Part shown: piece after piece, positions 19,406 to 29,527 of the stretch
Layout: the number at the start of each line of letters is the position of its first letter
Numbering within the stretch: position 1 is the first letter of the stretch
From: Candidatus Latescibacterota bacterium
Lineage (GTDB): Bacteria > Latescibacterota > UBA2968
Length of the DNA: 64,000 nt
NCBI GenBank assembly: GCA_965222605.1
Contig: OZ244960.1
Coordinates: 3,840,001-3,904,000 of the forward strand
Direction: 5' to 3'
Notes under the pieces: model-generated
Told to the model about the DNA's origin: nothing
Seen by the model: only the letters and a program-made list of their open reading frames with translations
Database searches by the model: none
Position numbers and translations under genes: made by a program

Positions 19406-21145
19406 ATGCAAAAGAGATCTATTACCGCAACCTCATCCGAAATTATCGTAGAGCAACTCGCCGGGCTGGGCGTGCAGTATGTGTTTAACAATTCTGGCTC
19501 TCGGGAGGCTCTCTTTTTTGATGCGCTCCACGTCAATCCCAATGTTCACGGCATTTTGGGGCTTCACGAGGGTAGTGTGGCCGCGATGGCAGGGGGATAT
19601 ACGCAGGGGAATCTCGATCCGGCTGTGATGGTCGTCCACCTGGGTGCCGGGCTGGCGCAGTGTTTGGGGCAGTTGATCAATGTCTGGAGTGGTAGCCTGC
19701 CCGTGGTGGTGCTCACGTTTGCGGGAGATACGGGGAGTTATGGAGACCGGGTGGGGCTGGATTTGACGCATGATGTGGGACCAACTTCGATTGCGAAGCC
19801 TTTTACCAAGGCGAGTTGGACGGTGATTGAACCGGATGGATTGCCCCAGGCGATTGAGCGCGCGCTGCGCGTTGCCAAAACACCGCCGGTCGGTCCGGTT
19901 CATCTTGCTGTTTACGACCGTTTGCTCGGAAATGAAATGGTTACTACAGAGATTCTTGAGGGAGAGATTCAGTCCGTAAGGGCGGGTTATCCGGCAGATG
20001 AGGATGTCGAAGCCGTTATTCGCGCGCTGTCCGATGCCCAGCGTCCGCTTTTTTATGTTGGGGATGGTATTTGGAAGAGTGGGGCCGAGGCGCGGGTTAC
20101 GGCGTTGGCAGAGCAGTATGGATGCCCGATTGCGGGTACATGGACGGAGATGCGCAGGACTCCGCAAAGCCACAGTCTGCACTGCGGACGGATCGCAGAG
20201 GCTGTTGCCGAGGTGTCACCCGATCTGATTGTGTGCATTGGCGTGCGTCACAATGGTCGTGGGAAACCCCAGGATTTTGATGTGTTATCGGGTGCGCAAC
20301 GCCTGATTGGAATTGGGCCAGATGTCGAGAATTTTACGAATCTTCCGGGATTGGATCTCGCGATTTTGGCAGATGAGTTCAGGACGCTTGAATGCCTTGA
20401 ACGCGCTTCGCCTCAGATGTCTTTCGCCGAGCGCCTCGCCCGTGCTGAGATGCACGCTGCTTCACTTCACGCAAAGCGAAAAGCGGCGGCAAAGCGCGTG
20501 GCGCAGCAGACCGGGCAAGTCAGACCCTGGGTGCTGGTGGATGCAATCGATCAGGGTTTGGAGAGGTTGGGCGGTGGTTTGACGATGGTCGAGCAATACG
20601 CCGTGCCAATAGATAGTCGAGGAGATGCTTATGGCGCGGGGCGCAATGCCTATATCCGAGCGGCTGGGGGATCGGAGGGTTATGGGATTGGCGGGACGAT
20701 TGGTTTGAAACTGGCCGTGCCGCACAAGCCCGTGGTTGGGTTGGTAGGCGATGGGTCGATGTATTATGCCGATTCCGGGCTTTGGACTGCTGCTCACCAC
20801 CAGATCCCGGTGCTTTTTGTGATTCCAAATAATCGGGCTTATGGTATTGTGGCGACCAATTTTGAGCGGGCGGGTGGTGTGATGAAGGAGACAGGAGAAT
20901 ACCCGGGCGTGGTTTTGGATGGGATTGATCCGGTGAAAATTGCAGATGGGTTTGGTGTGGAGGGGATGCATGTCGATGAAGAATCGGATCTGGAGGGTGC
21001 TATTGCGCGGGGATTGGATGTGGTGGAAGGCGAGGAACGCCCCTTTTTGCTGGATGTGAAATTGCCTCTTGGGCTGCCCGGGGGTGGACGGGCGGCAACG
21101 CCTTTTCAATTAACGGAGATTCGGAGCAAGGCGAGTGCGGCGTAA
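19406..21145 (+). CDS. Thiamine pyrophosphate-dependent enzyme (benzoylformate decarboxylase-like)
   Basis: LHEGSV..MA.GY, GDGSMYY...NN TPP-binding motif; RBS AGGAGG. Confidence 0.88.
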   Translation: MQKRSITATSSEIIVEQLAGLGVQYVFNNSGSREALFFDALHVNPNVHGILGLHEGSVAAMAGGYTQGNLDPAVMVVHLGAGLAQCLGQLINVWSGSLPVVVLTFAGDTGSYGDRVGLDLTHDVGPTSIAKPFTKASWTVIEPDGLPQAIERALRVAKTPPVGPVHLAVYDRLLGNEMVTTEILEGEIQSVRAGYPADEDVEAVIRALSDAQRPLFYVGDGIWKSGAEARVTALAEQYGCPIAGTWTEMRRTPQSHSLHCGRIAEAVAEVSPDLIVCIGVRHNGRGKPQDFDVLSGAQRLIGIGPDVENFTNLPGLDLAILADEFRTLECLERASPQMSFAERLARAEMHAASLHAKRKAAAKRVAQQTGQVRPWVLVDAIDQGLERLGGGLTMVEQYAVPIDSRGDAYGAGRNAYIRAAGGSEGYGIGGTIGLKLAVPHKPVVGLVGDGSMYYADSGLWTAAHHQIPVLFVIPNNRAYGIVATNFERAGGVMKETGEYPGVVLDGIDPVKIADGFGVEGMHVDEESDLEGAIARGLDVVEGEERPFLLDVKLPLGLPGGGRAATPFQLTEIRSKASAA

Positions 21146-21324
21146 AAAAGTTCTTCGGATGACGCAGATTTAATCGTCGAGGGACAATGGGTAAAATAGC
21201 AAGTTTAAGTTGCATATTGCCATTTCTTCGGTTATGTTAGGCGTCCTGGTTCAGTGCGAGATTACTGGTCTTTACAATGGCTGACTGTTAATCATTTTTT
21301 ATCCTCTTTTTGGAGATAATTCTT

Positions 21325-22437
21325 ATGGCACTTAAAGTTGGTGTTGTTGGTATGGGTGGTATTGGCAACCGGCATGCGGGCTGTCATGCAGAAGACGACC
21401 TTGCAGATCTCGTTGCGGTGTGCGATGTTGTCAAAGAGTCCGCGGATAGGGCTGCGGAAAGACACGGTGTTAGAGCTTATTATAGCCTCAAAGACATGTT
21501 GGAGAATGAAGACCTGGATATTGTCGATGTCACGACCGGGGGCAATGAGAACGGCAGTTGGCACTACGAACCCACGATGGAGGCTCTCGCCGCTGGCAGA
21601 CACGTTTTGTGTGAAAAACCCCTGTCCAACGATATTGATGAAGCCCGCGATATGGTTGCTTATGCCGCAGAACAAAATCTGTACCTCGGTTGCAATCTCA
21701 ACCATTACTTCTCTCAACCAGCGGACAAAGCGCGAGAATATATCTCAGAAGGCAAAGTGGGGGAACAAATTTATTGTATTCACAAGATGGGTTTTGCAGG
21801 GGGCGAAGCGACTTATAAGCCAAGCAAAGCACCCAAAACGTGGGGGCATCCCTATTTTCACGTCAAGGCTTTTCTCACGCATCCTTTTAGCGTGATGCGA
21901 GATTTTTGTGGCAATATCACCCATGTGCAGGCATTTTTTGACCGCCCCAGTTTTCGCAAGCAAGCGGGCGATCTTATGATTTCTCTCAACAGTATTCACG
22001 TGCGCTTTGAAAGCGGTGCGATGGGTTATTTGCTGAGCCAGCGCGGCGATACTACCTTTGGCCTGGGCGGCTGGTGGAGCGTTGAAGTGGCGGGTACGCG
22101 CGGGACTTTTTGTATTGAAAATTGCGTTGAAAAAATCACTTTCTGGCCCGCGCCTGGCACAGCGCCTATGCCGGAGAATATGTCGCACGGTGCCTCGCCC
22201 GATCCCATTGTTGATGATTCGGGGATTACTAACTTTGACGCCACCTTTCCCTTTCGCATCCACGCTTTTCTCGAGGATGTTACGAATGGTGTGCCCAGGG
22301 AAGAACTCCGCGCTTCGGGGCACGATGCGCTCGCTGCACTCGAATACACATGGGCGGCAATTGAGTCCTATGAAAATGGCGGTGTGCTCGTCACGCCCAA
22401 TCCACTGCCTTTGCTCAAACGAGATCCGATGACTTAA
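21325..22437 (+). CDS. Gfo/Idh/MocA family oxidoreductase
   Basis: VGVVGMGGIG, HVLCEKP. Confidence 0.9.
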   Translation: MALKVGVVGMGGIGNRHAGCHAEDDLADLVAVCDVVKESADRAAERHGVRAYYSLKDMLENEDLDIVDVTTGGNENGSWHYEPTMEALAAGRHVLCEKPLSNDIDEARDMVAYAAEQNLYLGCNLNHYFSQPADKAREYISEGKVGEQIYCIHKMGFAGGEATYKPSKAPKTWGHPYFHVKAFLTHPFSVMRDFCGNITHVQAFFDRPSFRKQAGDLMISLNSIHVRFESGAMGYLLSQRGDTTFGLGGWWSVEVAGTRGTFCIENCVEKITFWPAPGTAPMPENMSHGASPDPIVDDSGITNFDATFPFRIHAFLEDVTNGVPREELRASGHDALAALEYTWAAIESYENGGVLVTPNPLPLLKRDPMT

Positions 22438-22442
22438 AAAAC

Positions 22443-22478
22443 AAAAAACGGGATCCGATTCAGGTGTCCCGTTTTTTT
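22443..22478. terminator. Intrinsic (bidirectional) terminator
   Basis: AAAAAACGGGA...TCCCGTTTTTTT. Confidence 0.8.
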
Positions 22479-22538
22479 AGATAGTCTTTGTCAGTGGTGC
22501 ATGAAGGCGAGTGAACGATGTGCTACTGCGGTAGCAGG

Positions 22539-22901
22539 TCAATGCTTCCTGTGCAATATCGGTGATGTAATGGGAACCATTTCAATAGCAGATGGTGTAT
22601 AGGCCGATAGCGGCAGGATTTCTTTGATGGGTGAGCGTTGAAGAATATCTATAACCATATCTCTCAGTGCATCGGATAGGTCGCTCAGACCAGTCAAAGG
22701 AAAACTCCGAGGCCCTATATTCGTTTGTTGCGTCAAAATTGAATAGTCGAAAAATATCAATCCAACAGCTTTGCGTTTGGCCTTATCAATCCGAAGCAGA
22801 ATATGATCATTCAGCTCAATGCCCGTTGCTTTAACATTGGGTTCAAACGATACATAGAGTGTATCACTTTCTCTATCGTAGTTGAAATTTGGTTCATTCA
22901 T
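22539..22901 (-). CDS. DUF2283 family protein (putative antitoxin)
   Basis: FNYDRESDTLYVSF N-terminal motif; 4-nt overlap with the upstream ORF. Confidence 0.7.
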   Translation of the reverse strand: MNEPNFNYDRESDTLYVSFEPNVKATGIELNDHILLRIDKAKRKAVGLIFFDYSILTQQTNIGPRSFPLTGLSDLSDALRDMVIDILQRSPIKEILPLSAYTPSAIEMVPITSPILHRKH

Positions 22902-23230
22902 ATTGTCATAGTCTCTTTTTGGTACGCTGTGAGAATGTAATTGTTCGCAATCTCATGGCCGTTTACTTCCCGAAATTTGAAAAGGACAATGGCGACGATA
23001 TGGGTATTGTCTCCGACCAGGTCGTCAAAGGATTTGCTGTATCGGTATTTATGAAAATTTAAAGGCTCTTGTTTGCGTTGCCCCAGTAGAATCGTATCCC
23101 GAAGATGTGTTTCAAAATCCTGCATCTCATAATGGTTCCAGGGGTCAATAATGTGCTTCCATCTTTCATCGGTAAGATAGATGGTGTTGCCATATCGATC
23201 TTCAACCGTCCATCGTCTGCCAACAGCCAT
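22898..23230 (-). CDS. Putative RelE-like/DUF4258-type toxin
   Basis: IYLTDERWKHI...YILTAY; translationally coupled to the DUF2283 gene. Confidence 0.6.
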   Translation of the reverse strand: MAVGRRWTVEDRYGNTIYLTDERWKHIIDPWNHYEMQDFETHLRDTILLGQRKQEPLNFHKYRYSKSFDDLVGDNTHIVAIVLFKFREVNGHEIANNYILTAYQKETMTI

Positions 23231-23471
23231 GCAATTTCCTATTTACACAATGAAAAGAAATATGTGAAAAGTCAAGTATGTTGTATTCATTTCACACTGT
23301 TCAACTTGAACATATCGTTCATTATACCTGCAAATTTCAGGTTGTATTTCACTCCTGCAAATTTCACGCCAGTCTCTTTTGGAGATTAAGAAATAGTTGT
23401 GAAATCGAGTTGAGCAGTGTATGTTATCGCTGTCAAAGAATATCCAATCTCATTCAACAAAGGAAATAACT

Positions 23472-23816
23472 ATGAATCTGAGAGAAGAAATCAAGGACGA
23501 TATCGCGATTCTCACTCTTACAGGTGAATTGATGGACGGGCCTGACGTTTTGCCATTTCACGCGCATATCAAGCAACTCGTGGAAGATGGCACGAATCGC
23601 GTGATTGTCGATTTTTCTGCTGTGAGATGGTTTGGCAGTGCGATGCTCGGGGTTCTCACCGCATCTCTGGCGACTGTCAAAGCTGCAGGTGGCGATTTGC
23701 GCCTGGTGGGTATTACCAGAAGAATCGAGAGTATTCTCATGGTTACGTCTCTGGCTTCGGTCTTTCAAACGTTCAGAACTGTGAATCGCGCTATGGTCAG
23801 TTTTAAGTATGAATAA
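23472..23816 (+). CDS. STAS-domain anti-sigma factor antagonist
   Basis: ILTLTGEL, VIVDFSAVRWFGSAMLG, GGDLRL. Confidence 0.9.
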   Translation: MNLREEIKDDIAILTLTGELMDGPDVLPFHAHIKQLVEDGTNRVIVDFSAVRWFGSAMLGVLTASLATVKAAGGDLRLVGITRRIESILMVTSLASVFQTFRTVNRAMVSFKYE

Positions 23817-23894
23817 TGAGCAGTGAGACAATGCGGGTGGGAGGCTGTGTTGTGACATACTGGGGCGCCCGCACACCCGGTTTGACAATTGACG

Positions 23895-25121
23895 ATGTCA
23901 CATTCTGAACTCACCCGCAGCGTTCGATTATATCCGATTTATGCCCCCCTCGCGCAGGCGTATTTCTGGCTGCCTATTTTTTTTCTCTATTTCAACCAGC
24001 ACATGCCCATTGAGCAGGTGCTGCGTCTCGAAGCTATTTATTATGTCGCCGTTGTTATTCTCGAAGTGCCCTCCGGATATTTGTCCGATACCCTGGGTCG
24101 TCGTCTGACCCTTCTGATCTCTGCTGTTTCAGCGATCTTTGCGTATGGTCTCTTTTTTTTGGGTGGCTCTTTTGGCGTTTTTGTGCTGGCGCAAATTGGG
24201 TTGGCTGCAAGCATGGCTTTTCGATCTGGTACGGATACGTCGTTTCACTACGATCTGCTCAAATGTTTGGATCGAGAAGACGCATATCCCCAACGGGAAG
24301 CACGCATTATGCAGAATGTTTTTATTGCTTCAGCGGGTGCTGCGTTCATTGGAGGGGTAGGCTCTATCTATGCTTTGCGCGTCGCTTATGGTTTGTCTCT
24401 GTTGGCGGCCTGCGCGGCGTTTGCGCTGGTCTTGTCATTTGCCGAACCCGACCGAGAGGCCAGCCATGTGCTCAGGGGGCAGGCTTCGGGATTTTTTTTT
24501 CAGATTCGCGCGTGTCTCGCTTATCTCGGCCAACCTGTGCTCGGGTGGTTGATGTTGTTTTCCGTTTTTATGACGGTTATCAACCATATCCCCTATGAAT
24601 TTTATCAGCCCTATATCCAGTTGCTCGGAGGCGAGGCTCCCACTCCGTTGCTTACGGGTTTACACACGGCGTTGACGATGGGCATTGCCGCGTGGTTTGC
24701 AAAACAGAGTATTCGCCTGCGCGATCATCTCGGTACGCGGTCAGCACTTATGCTCAGTACAGGGGTGCAGGTTGTTCTCATTTCACTGATGGGGTTCTTT
24801 TTTCACCCTGTTGTCGCGCTTCTTTTGACTTTTCGCTCTGTCCCACGGGCACTTATGCTTGCGCCCCTCAATGCGGCAGTTGTTCCGCGCTTGCAACAAC
24901 ACCATCGCGCGACGTATCTTTCGATTCAGAGTCTGATTGGGCGTTTGTCATTTTCGCTTTGTCTTGCTCTTCTCGCTGGTGTTTCATCGTCCGAAGTTTT
25001 AGATGTTGCGCTATCGCATACGCTTTTGCATTGCGCGATCTTTGCCATTGCGGGGTGCGTTGTCCTCGCCGTTATCGCTGTTATGATTCCCAGGTCGCGG
25101 TGGCGGTTGACGTCCGAATAG
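23895..25121 (+). CDS. MFS transporter
   Basis: About 12 TM segments, EVPSGYLSDTLGRR motif A, SGTD. Confidence 0.88.
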   Translation: MSHSELTRSVRLYPIYAPLAQAYFWLPIFFLYFNQHMPIEQVLRLEAIYYVAVVILEVPSGYLSDTLGRRLTLLISAVSAIFAYGLFFLGGSFGVFVLAQIGLAASMAFRSGTDTSFHYDLLKCLDREDAYPQREARIMQNVFIASAGAAFIGGVGSIYALRVAYGLSLLAACAAFALVLSFAEPDREASHVLRGQASGFFFQIRACLAYLGQPVLGWLMLFSVFMTVINHIPYEFYQPYIQLLGGEAPTPLLTGLHTALTMGIAAWFAKQSIRLRDHLGTRSALMLSTGVQVVLISLMGFFFHPVVALLLTFRSVPRALMLAPLNAAVVPRLQQHHRATYLSIQSLIGRLSFSLCLALLAGVSSSEVLDVALSHTLLHCAIFAIAGCVVLAVIAVMIPRSRWRLTSE

Positions 25122-25130
25122 GATTTGATT

Positions 25131-26579
25131 ATGAACTCATTTTCCAAAAAGCCGAATTTGTTATTTATCTTTACGGATCAACAACGCGCGGATACGATGC
25201 GGTGTTATGGCAATGATCATATTGATACGCCGCATCTCAATGCGCTTGCGGATAAGAGTTTTGTTTTTGAGAATGCCTATGTCAGTCAGCCGGTGTGTAG
25301 TCCCTCGCGCGCCACGATGTTGTGTGGTCTTTACCCGCATACCGCGCGCGTGCCGGCGTGCAATGTTCCGCTGCCTCGAGATGTGCAAACTATTGCGGAG
25401 ATGGTGTCTTCCGATTATTGCTGTTGTTATAATGGCAAGTGGCACCTCGGCGATGAAATTTTTCCGCAGCACGGTTTTTCCGAATGGGTTGGTACCGAGG
25501 ATTCGTACCGTCGCTCTTTTTCGAGTTCTGAACGCCACGCATACCGCAGTGCTTATCATCATTTTCTCGTGGAGAATGGTTTTGAACCCGAATCCGAATC
25601 AGAAGGTCAGCGCATTTTTTCCCGCCATGTTGAAGCGAGTATGGATGAACCGTTTACCAAAGCGTCTTTCCAGGGCGACTGCGCTGCCCAATTTATACGC
25701 GCCTGTGGCGATGATCCCTTTGTGCTTGCTGTTTCTTATCTGGAACCGCATCCACCGCATACCGGGCCATTAAACGATTATTACGATCCCTCAGAACTTC
25801 CCGTTGGTCCCACATTTCGCCAGAAGCCGCCGACCAATGCGTCTCTTCTCAATCGCGTTTTATCTGCTTATTATATGGAGTCTGAAGAATACGGTTACGA
25901 TCTTCGCACAGACGAAGGTTGGCGTGCTGTTCGCGCGCGCTATTATGGCAATGTTACGTTGATTGATCGCTCTGTTGGCAAAATTCTCGCTGCGCTTGAA
26001 GATAGCGGGCAGGCGAATAATACCATTATTATTTTTACCAGCGATCACGGCGAGATGGTGGGTGATCACGGCATTTTGGGGAAGACTGTTCTGTACGAGG
26101 AATCCGTCAAGGTTCCGCTTCTTATCCATGTGCCCTGGTTGACCAAACAGCAGCGTATGATCGGTGGCAATATTTCGCATATTGATCTTGTGCCTACGCT
26201 TCTGGATTTGATGGACGAACCCATTCCCGATCATTTGCAAGGCGAGAGCCGCGTTCCTGTGCTGAATGGGGATGTAACATTATCGGAGAATGATGTTTTT
26301 ATTCAGTGGAACCGCAGTGACGGCCATCCGCGTCCGGGCGAGGCCGAGGTCAATCCCGCTATGAGTACGCCCTGGCGATCTATTATTTCCGCCGACCGCT
26401 GGAAGCTCAATCTCAGCGCGCACGATCAGTGTGAACTCTACGATCTCAACACCGATCCCTGTGAGACCGTTAATCATTTCGACGATCCCGAATGCCGAGG
26501 GCGTATCCGAGACCTGACCGAGCGTATTCGACAGTGGCAGGTGCAGACGAATGATCAGACTCCGTTGCCTGAGATTTAG
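25131..26579 (+). CDS. Sulfatase (formylglycine-dependent, Cys-type)
   Basis: KPNLLFIFTDQQR, CSPSR, GKWHLG, SDHG, ELYDL..DP.E. Confidence 0.95.
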   Translation: MNSFSKKPNLLFIFTDQQRADTMRCYGNDHIDTPHLNALADKSFVFENAYVSQPVCSPSRATMLCGLYPHTARVPACNVPLPRDVQTIAEMVSSDYCCCYNGKWHLGDEIFPQHGFSEWVGTEDSYRRSFSSSERHAYRSAYHHFLVENGFEPESESEGQRIFSRHVEASMDEPFTKASFQGDCAAQFIRACGDDPFVLAVSYLEPHPPHTGPLNDYYDPSELPVGPTFRQKPPTNASLLNRVLSAYYMESEEYGYDLRTDEGWRAVRARYYGNVTLIDRSVGKILAALEDSGQANNTIIIFTSDHGEMVGDHGILGKTVLYEESVKVPLLIHVPWLTKQQRMIGGNISHIDLVPTLLDLMDEPIPDHLQGESRVPVLNGDVTLSENDVFIQWNRSDGHPRPGEAEVNPAMSTPWRSIISADRWKLNLSAHDQCELYDLNTDPCETVNHFDDPECRGRIRDLTERIRQWQVQTNDQTPLPEI

Positions 26580-26594
26580 CAGGAGATTGATGGC

Positions 26595-27494
26595 GTGAAA
26601 ACGCAGGAAAGAAAATGGTGGTTGGCAATTTTATTGGGGCTTCCATTTCCGGGACTCGGTCAAATTTATAATGGACAACTCACAAAGGGTATTCTGTTTT
26701 ACGCTCTAAATTTGGGAGGGGTATTTTTATCGTCCCTCATCATTTTGGGAGGTCTTGCGATTGCCCCTCTGAATCTTGGAGTAGCCATACTTTGTTTGTT
26801 GGTCATCTACTTTTTCATTGCCTGGGATGCATTCAAAACAGCAAAAAAATCAACTCGAAATTTTCAGTGCAAAAGATATAATCACTGGTTGGTTTATCTG
26901 GTAGCAATTGTTGTGATACTGTTCGTTTCTGAAATAGTCATGAGCCCAATTCTGAGAACCTGCTTAATTAGAACGTTTAGTATTCCCAGCATGGCAATGG
27001 CGGATACCCTTTTGAGTGGCGATTACATATTTGCAAGTATGTCTGCCTATGGAATTAGAATCCCATTTGTGGGGAATCGCGTGATAGGTACTGATCGGCC
27101 AGACCCAGGGGATTTGGTCATTTTTAAATTTCCAAAAGATCCCAAACGCGCGTTTATCAAACGATGCATAGCAATTGAAGGGCAAATAGTAAAAATAGAA
27201 GATAAGGGTGTGTATGTGGATGGAAAGCGATTTGAGGATGCTGAAGGCGTTAAGAACGAAGATATGAGAATGTGGGACAAACAGAATAGCCCACGAGATA
27301 ATTTTGGTCCTTATACCGTTCCCGATGGGCACTTCTTTGTTCTGGGCGATAACCGAGACGATAGTTACGACAGTCGATTTTGGGGCGCTGTTCCAATAGA
27401 AAATTTACTTGGCAAAGCTATCCAGATTTATTTTTCTGAAGATGAAAAGAGTGGGAAAATCAGATGGCTTCGGATTGGTCAAATACCCAATTAG
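26595..27494 (+). CDS. Signal peptidase I-like protein with extra N-terminal TM helices; catalytic Ser replaced by Ala
   Basis: Box B IPSMAMADTL, box D FIKRCIA, box E GDNRDDSYDSRFWG. Confidence 0.8.
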   Translation: MKTQERKWWLAILLGLPFPGLGQIYNGQLTKGILFYALNLGGVFLSSLIILGGLAIAPLNLGVAILCLLVIYFFIAWDAFKTAKKSTRNFQCKRYNHWLVYLVAIVVILFVSEIVMSPILRTCLIRTFSIPSMAMADTLLSGDYIFASMSAYGIRIPFVGNRVIGTDRPDPGDLVIFKFPKDPKRAFIKRCIAIEGQIVKIEDKGVYVDGKRFEDAEGVKNEDMRMWDKQNSPRDNFGPYTVPDGHFFVLGDNRDDSYDSRFWGAVPIENLLGKAIQIYFSEDEKSGKIRWLRIGQIPN

Positions 27495-27531
27495 ATGCGT
27501 TTCCCGATGTTGTGTAGCAAGGAGGATTGTC

Positions 27532-28389
27532 TTGTATCTAAATTATAGGCGAGAACAATTTGCCCGCGATGGGTTCTATGTGTTTGAGAATATTCTCGAT
27601 TCTGTTCTGGTGGATCGATTGCAGCGCTTCAGCGATGATGTGCTCTCCGAACAGGAGCTAGAGCATTTTGAGATGCATCGCACGACCGGGAGTATGGTCA
27701 TGATCGATTGGGCTATGGCGTATCAGAATCCGGTCATGGCTGAACTCATCGCCCACTCCGGCGCGCTCGCAGCGTTAAAACAGCTCGGGTTTGATGAACC
27801 AAAGTTTGGGCACGGTCGCATTATCAGCAAGCCGCCGCATAGTCCACCGCTGTTCTGGCATGAAGATGGTCGTTTCTGGGATGATCCGGTGAGCTATACG
27901 ACGCAGCCCATTCAATGTTTTTTGATGTATTATTTGACAGATACTATGCCGCAAAACGGGTGTTTGCGCGTGGTTCCGGGATCGCATCTCAAGCGTCATT
28001 CATTACACGACGAGATTTCTCCGAGCCATACAGACGATCTCAGAACATTTGCCAATCCCGATGATCCGGGGTTTTCGAGGGTGGATGAAGAGATCGATGT
28101 TCCCGTAAAAGCTGGCGATCTCGTGATGGGTTACGGCAGCTTGTTGCACGCTTCGCATGCGAATCAGACAGATCAGCGCAGGACTGTGCTCACGATGTGG
28201 TACTATCCTGACTTTGTGGCTTTGCCAGAGCGCACGCAGGCCACGGTCGCTCTGGCAGAAGGCAATAACAGTGATACTGTGTCATCGGGTAAAGAGATGC
28301 AGACCCTGATGGAGCCGCTCAGAATCGCGTACGATGGCGAGGCCGAGCCGATAGAAATACAGTGGATACCGGGTGAGGAACTGAAGTGA
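27532..28389 (+). CDS. Phytanoyl-CoA dioxygenase (PhyH) family protein
   Basis: TTG start after GGAGG; WHED (HxD), NGCLRVVPGSH, LLHASH. Confidence 0.88.
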   Translation: MYLNYRREQFARDGFYVFENILDSVLVDRLQRFSDDVLSEQELEHFEMHRTTGSMVMIDWAMAYQNPVMAELIAHSGALAALKQLGFDEPKFGHGRIISKPPHSPPLFWHEDGRFWDDPVSYTTQPIQCFLMYYLTDTMPQNGCLRVVPGSHLKRHSLHDEISPSHTDDLRTFANPDDPGFSRVDEEIDVPVKAGDLVMGYGSLLHASHANQTDQRRTVLTMWYYPDFVALPERTQATVALAEGNNSDTVSSGKEMQTLMEPLRIAYDGEAEPIEIQWIPGEELK

Positions 28390-28419
28390 GAAGATGCACA
28401 ATTAGAAAAGAGGTTAAAC

Positions 28420-29457
28420 ATGCCAAAAGTCCTTCTCGCGTCTAATAAACGCATCCGCGATAGCTATTTTTCGCCGGAAGAACTCGCCCGTCTCGAGACC
28501 TTCGCCACATGGGATTGGTTTGAGTGCGAGGGTGGCGGTATTTACGAGGCTCATCACGACCCTGAAACCATTGCACGTTTAGTTGAGCGCGTTGGGGATG
28601 TGGATGCTGTTGTCGTGTGCCACGGGTGCCCCACCATCGATGCTGAGGTGATGGATAGTGCGCCGAATTTGAAATTGGTTGGGGAACTGGAGGGCGACCG
28701 CTTTGCTGCGCGGGTAGATCTCGATGCTGCCTGGGAACGCGGCATTCGCACGGTTGATACGACTCAGGGGTCGTCTTATCCGGTTGCCGAATGGGCGCTC
28801 GCGCTTATCCTGATCGCGCTACGCAATGCGGGTGCGGCGTTTCGCCGCATTATCGCTGGCGATACAATTGGTGCTAAAAACCGCGATATGCACGGCATGC
28901 TATTCGGCAAGCGTGTCGGTCTTATTGGGTGCGGGCACATGGGCCGCCGTCTCATTTCTTTTTTGCGTCCTTTTAATACGGATATCTGGGTTTATGATCC
29001 GTATTTGTCTCGCGATATTGCCGAGATTGTCGGTTTTACGCAAACTTCGATGGATAAGATTTTTTCTGAGTGCGATGTTATTGTCTGCGTTGCCCCGCTT
29101 ACACCGCGCACCAGAGGTATGATTGGGAAACGCGAACTCGATCTCATCCCGTCCGGTTCGGTTTTTGTCAATGTATCGCGCGGCGCGATTGTCAATTCCA
29201 ATGCTCTTATCGAGCGCCTCAAGAGAGGTGATATTACCGCGGGTCTCGAGGTTTTTGATCCCGAACCTATTCCCCCCGATAGTGAGATTATTCATCTTCC
29301 CAATGTCTTTTTAAGCCCGCATTTTTCGGGCTATACAGGCGATGATTATCCCCCTTTCTTCAGACTTATGGTCGATGAATTTGATCGCTTTTTTCAGGGC
29401 CACGAGACGTGGTTTGATCTTACGCCTCAATCGCAGGCCAATCGCAGAGGCGACTGA
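28420..29457 (+). CDS. D-2-hydroxyacid dehydrogenase family protein
   Basis: GLIGCGHMG, NVSRG, EP, SPH. Confidence 0.9.
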   Translation: MPKVLLASNKRIRDSYFSPEELARLETFATWDWFECEGGGIYEAHHDPETIARLVERVGDVDAVVVCHGCPTIDAEVMDSAPNLKLVGELEGDRFAARVDLDAAWERGIRTVDTTQGSSYPVAEWALALILIALRNAGAAFRRIIAGDTIGAKNRDMHGMLFGKRVGLIGCGHMGRRLISFLRPFNTDIWVYDPYLSRDIAEIVGFTQTSMDKIFSECDVIVCVAPLTPRTRGMIGKRELDLIPSGSVFVNVSRGAIVNSNALIERLKRGDITAGLEVFDPEPIPPDSEIIHLPNVFLSPHFSGYTGDDYPPFFRLMVDEFDRFFQGHETWFDLTPQSQANRRGD

Positions 29458-29527
29458 TCGCTTTTTCAATTTTCGCGTTTTGGGTATATTTAAACCCGTT
29501 TGGAGTATAACTATATTGGGAGATATT

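Noticed and set aside
21158-21175. CGGATGACGCAGATTT, a possible degenerate interspersed repeat
   Set aside because: Single short copy in the window, insufficient support
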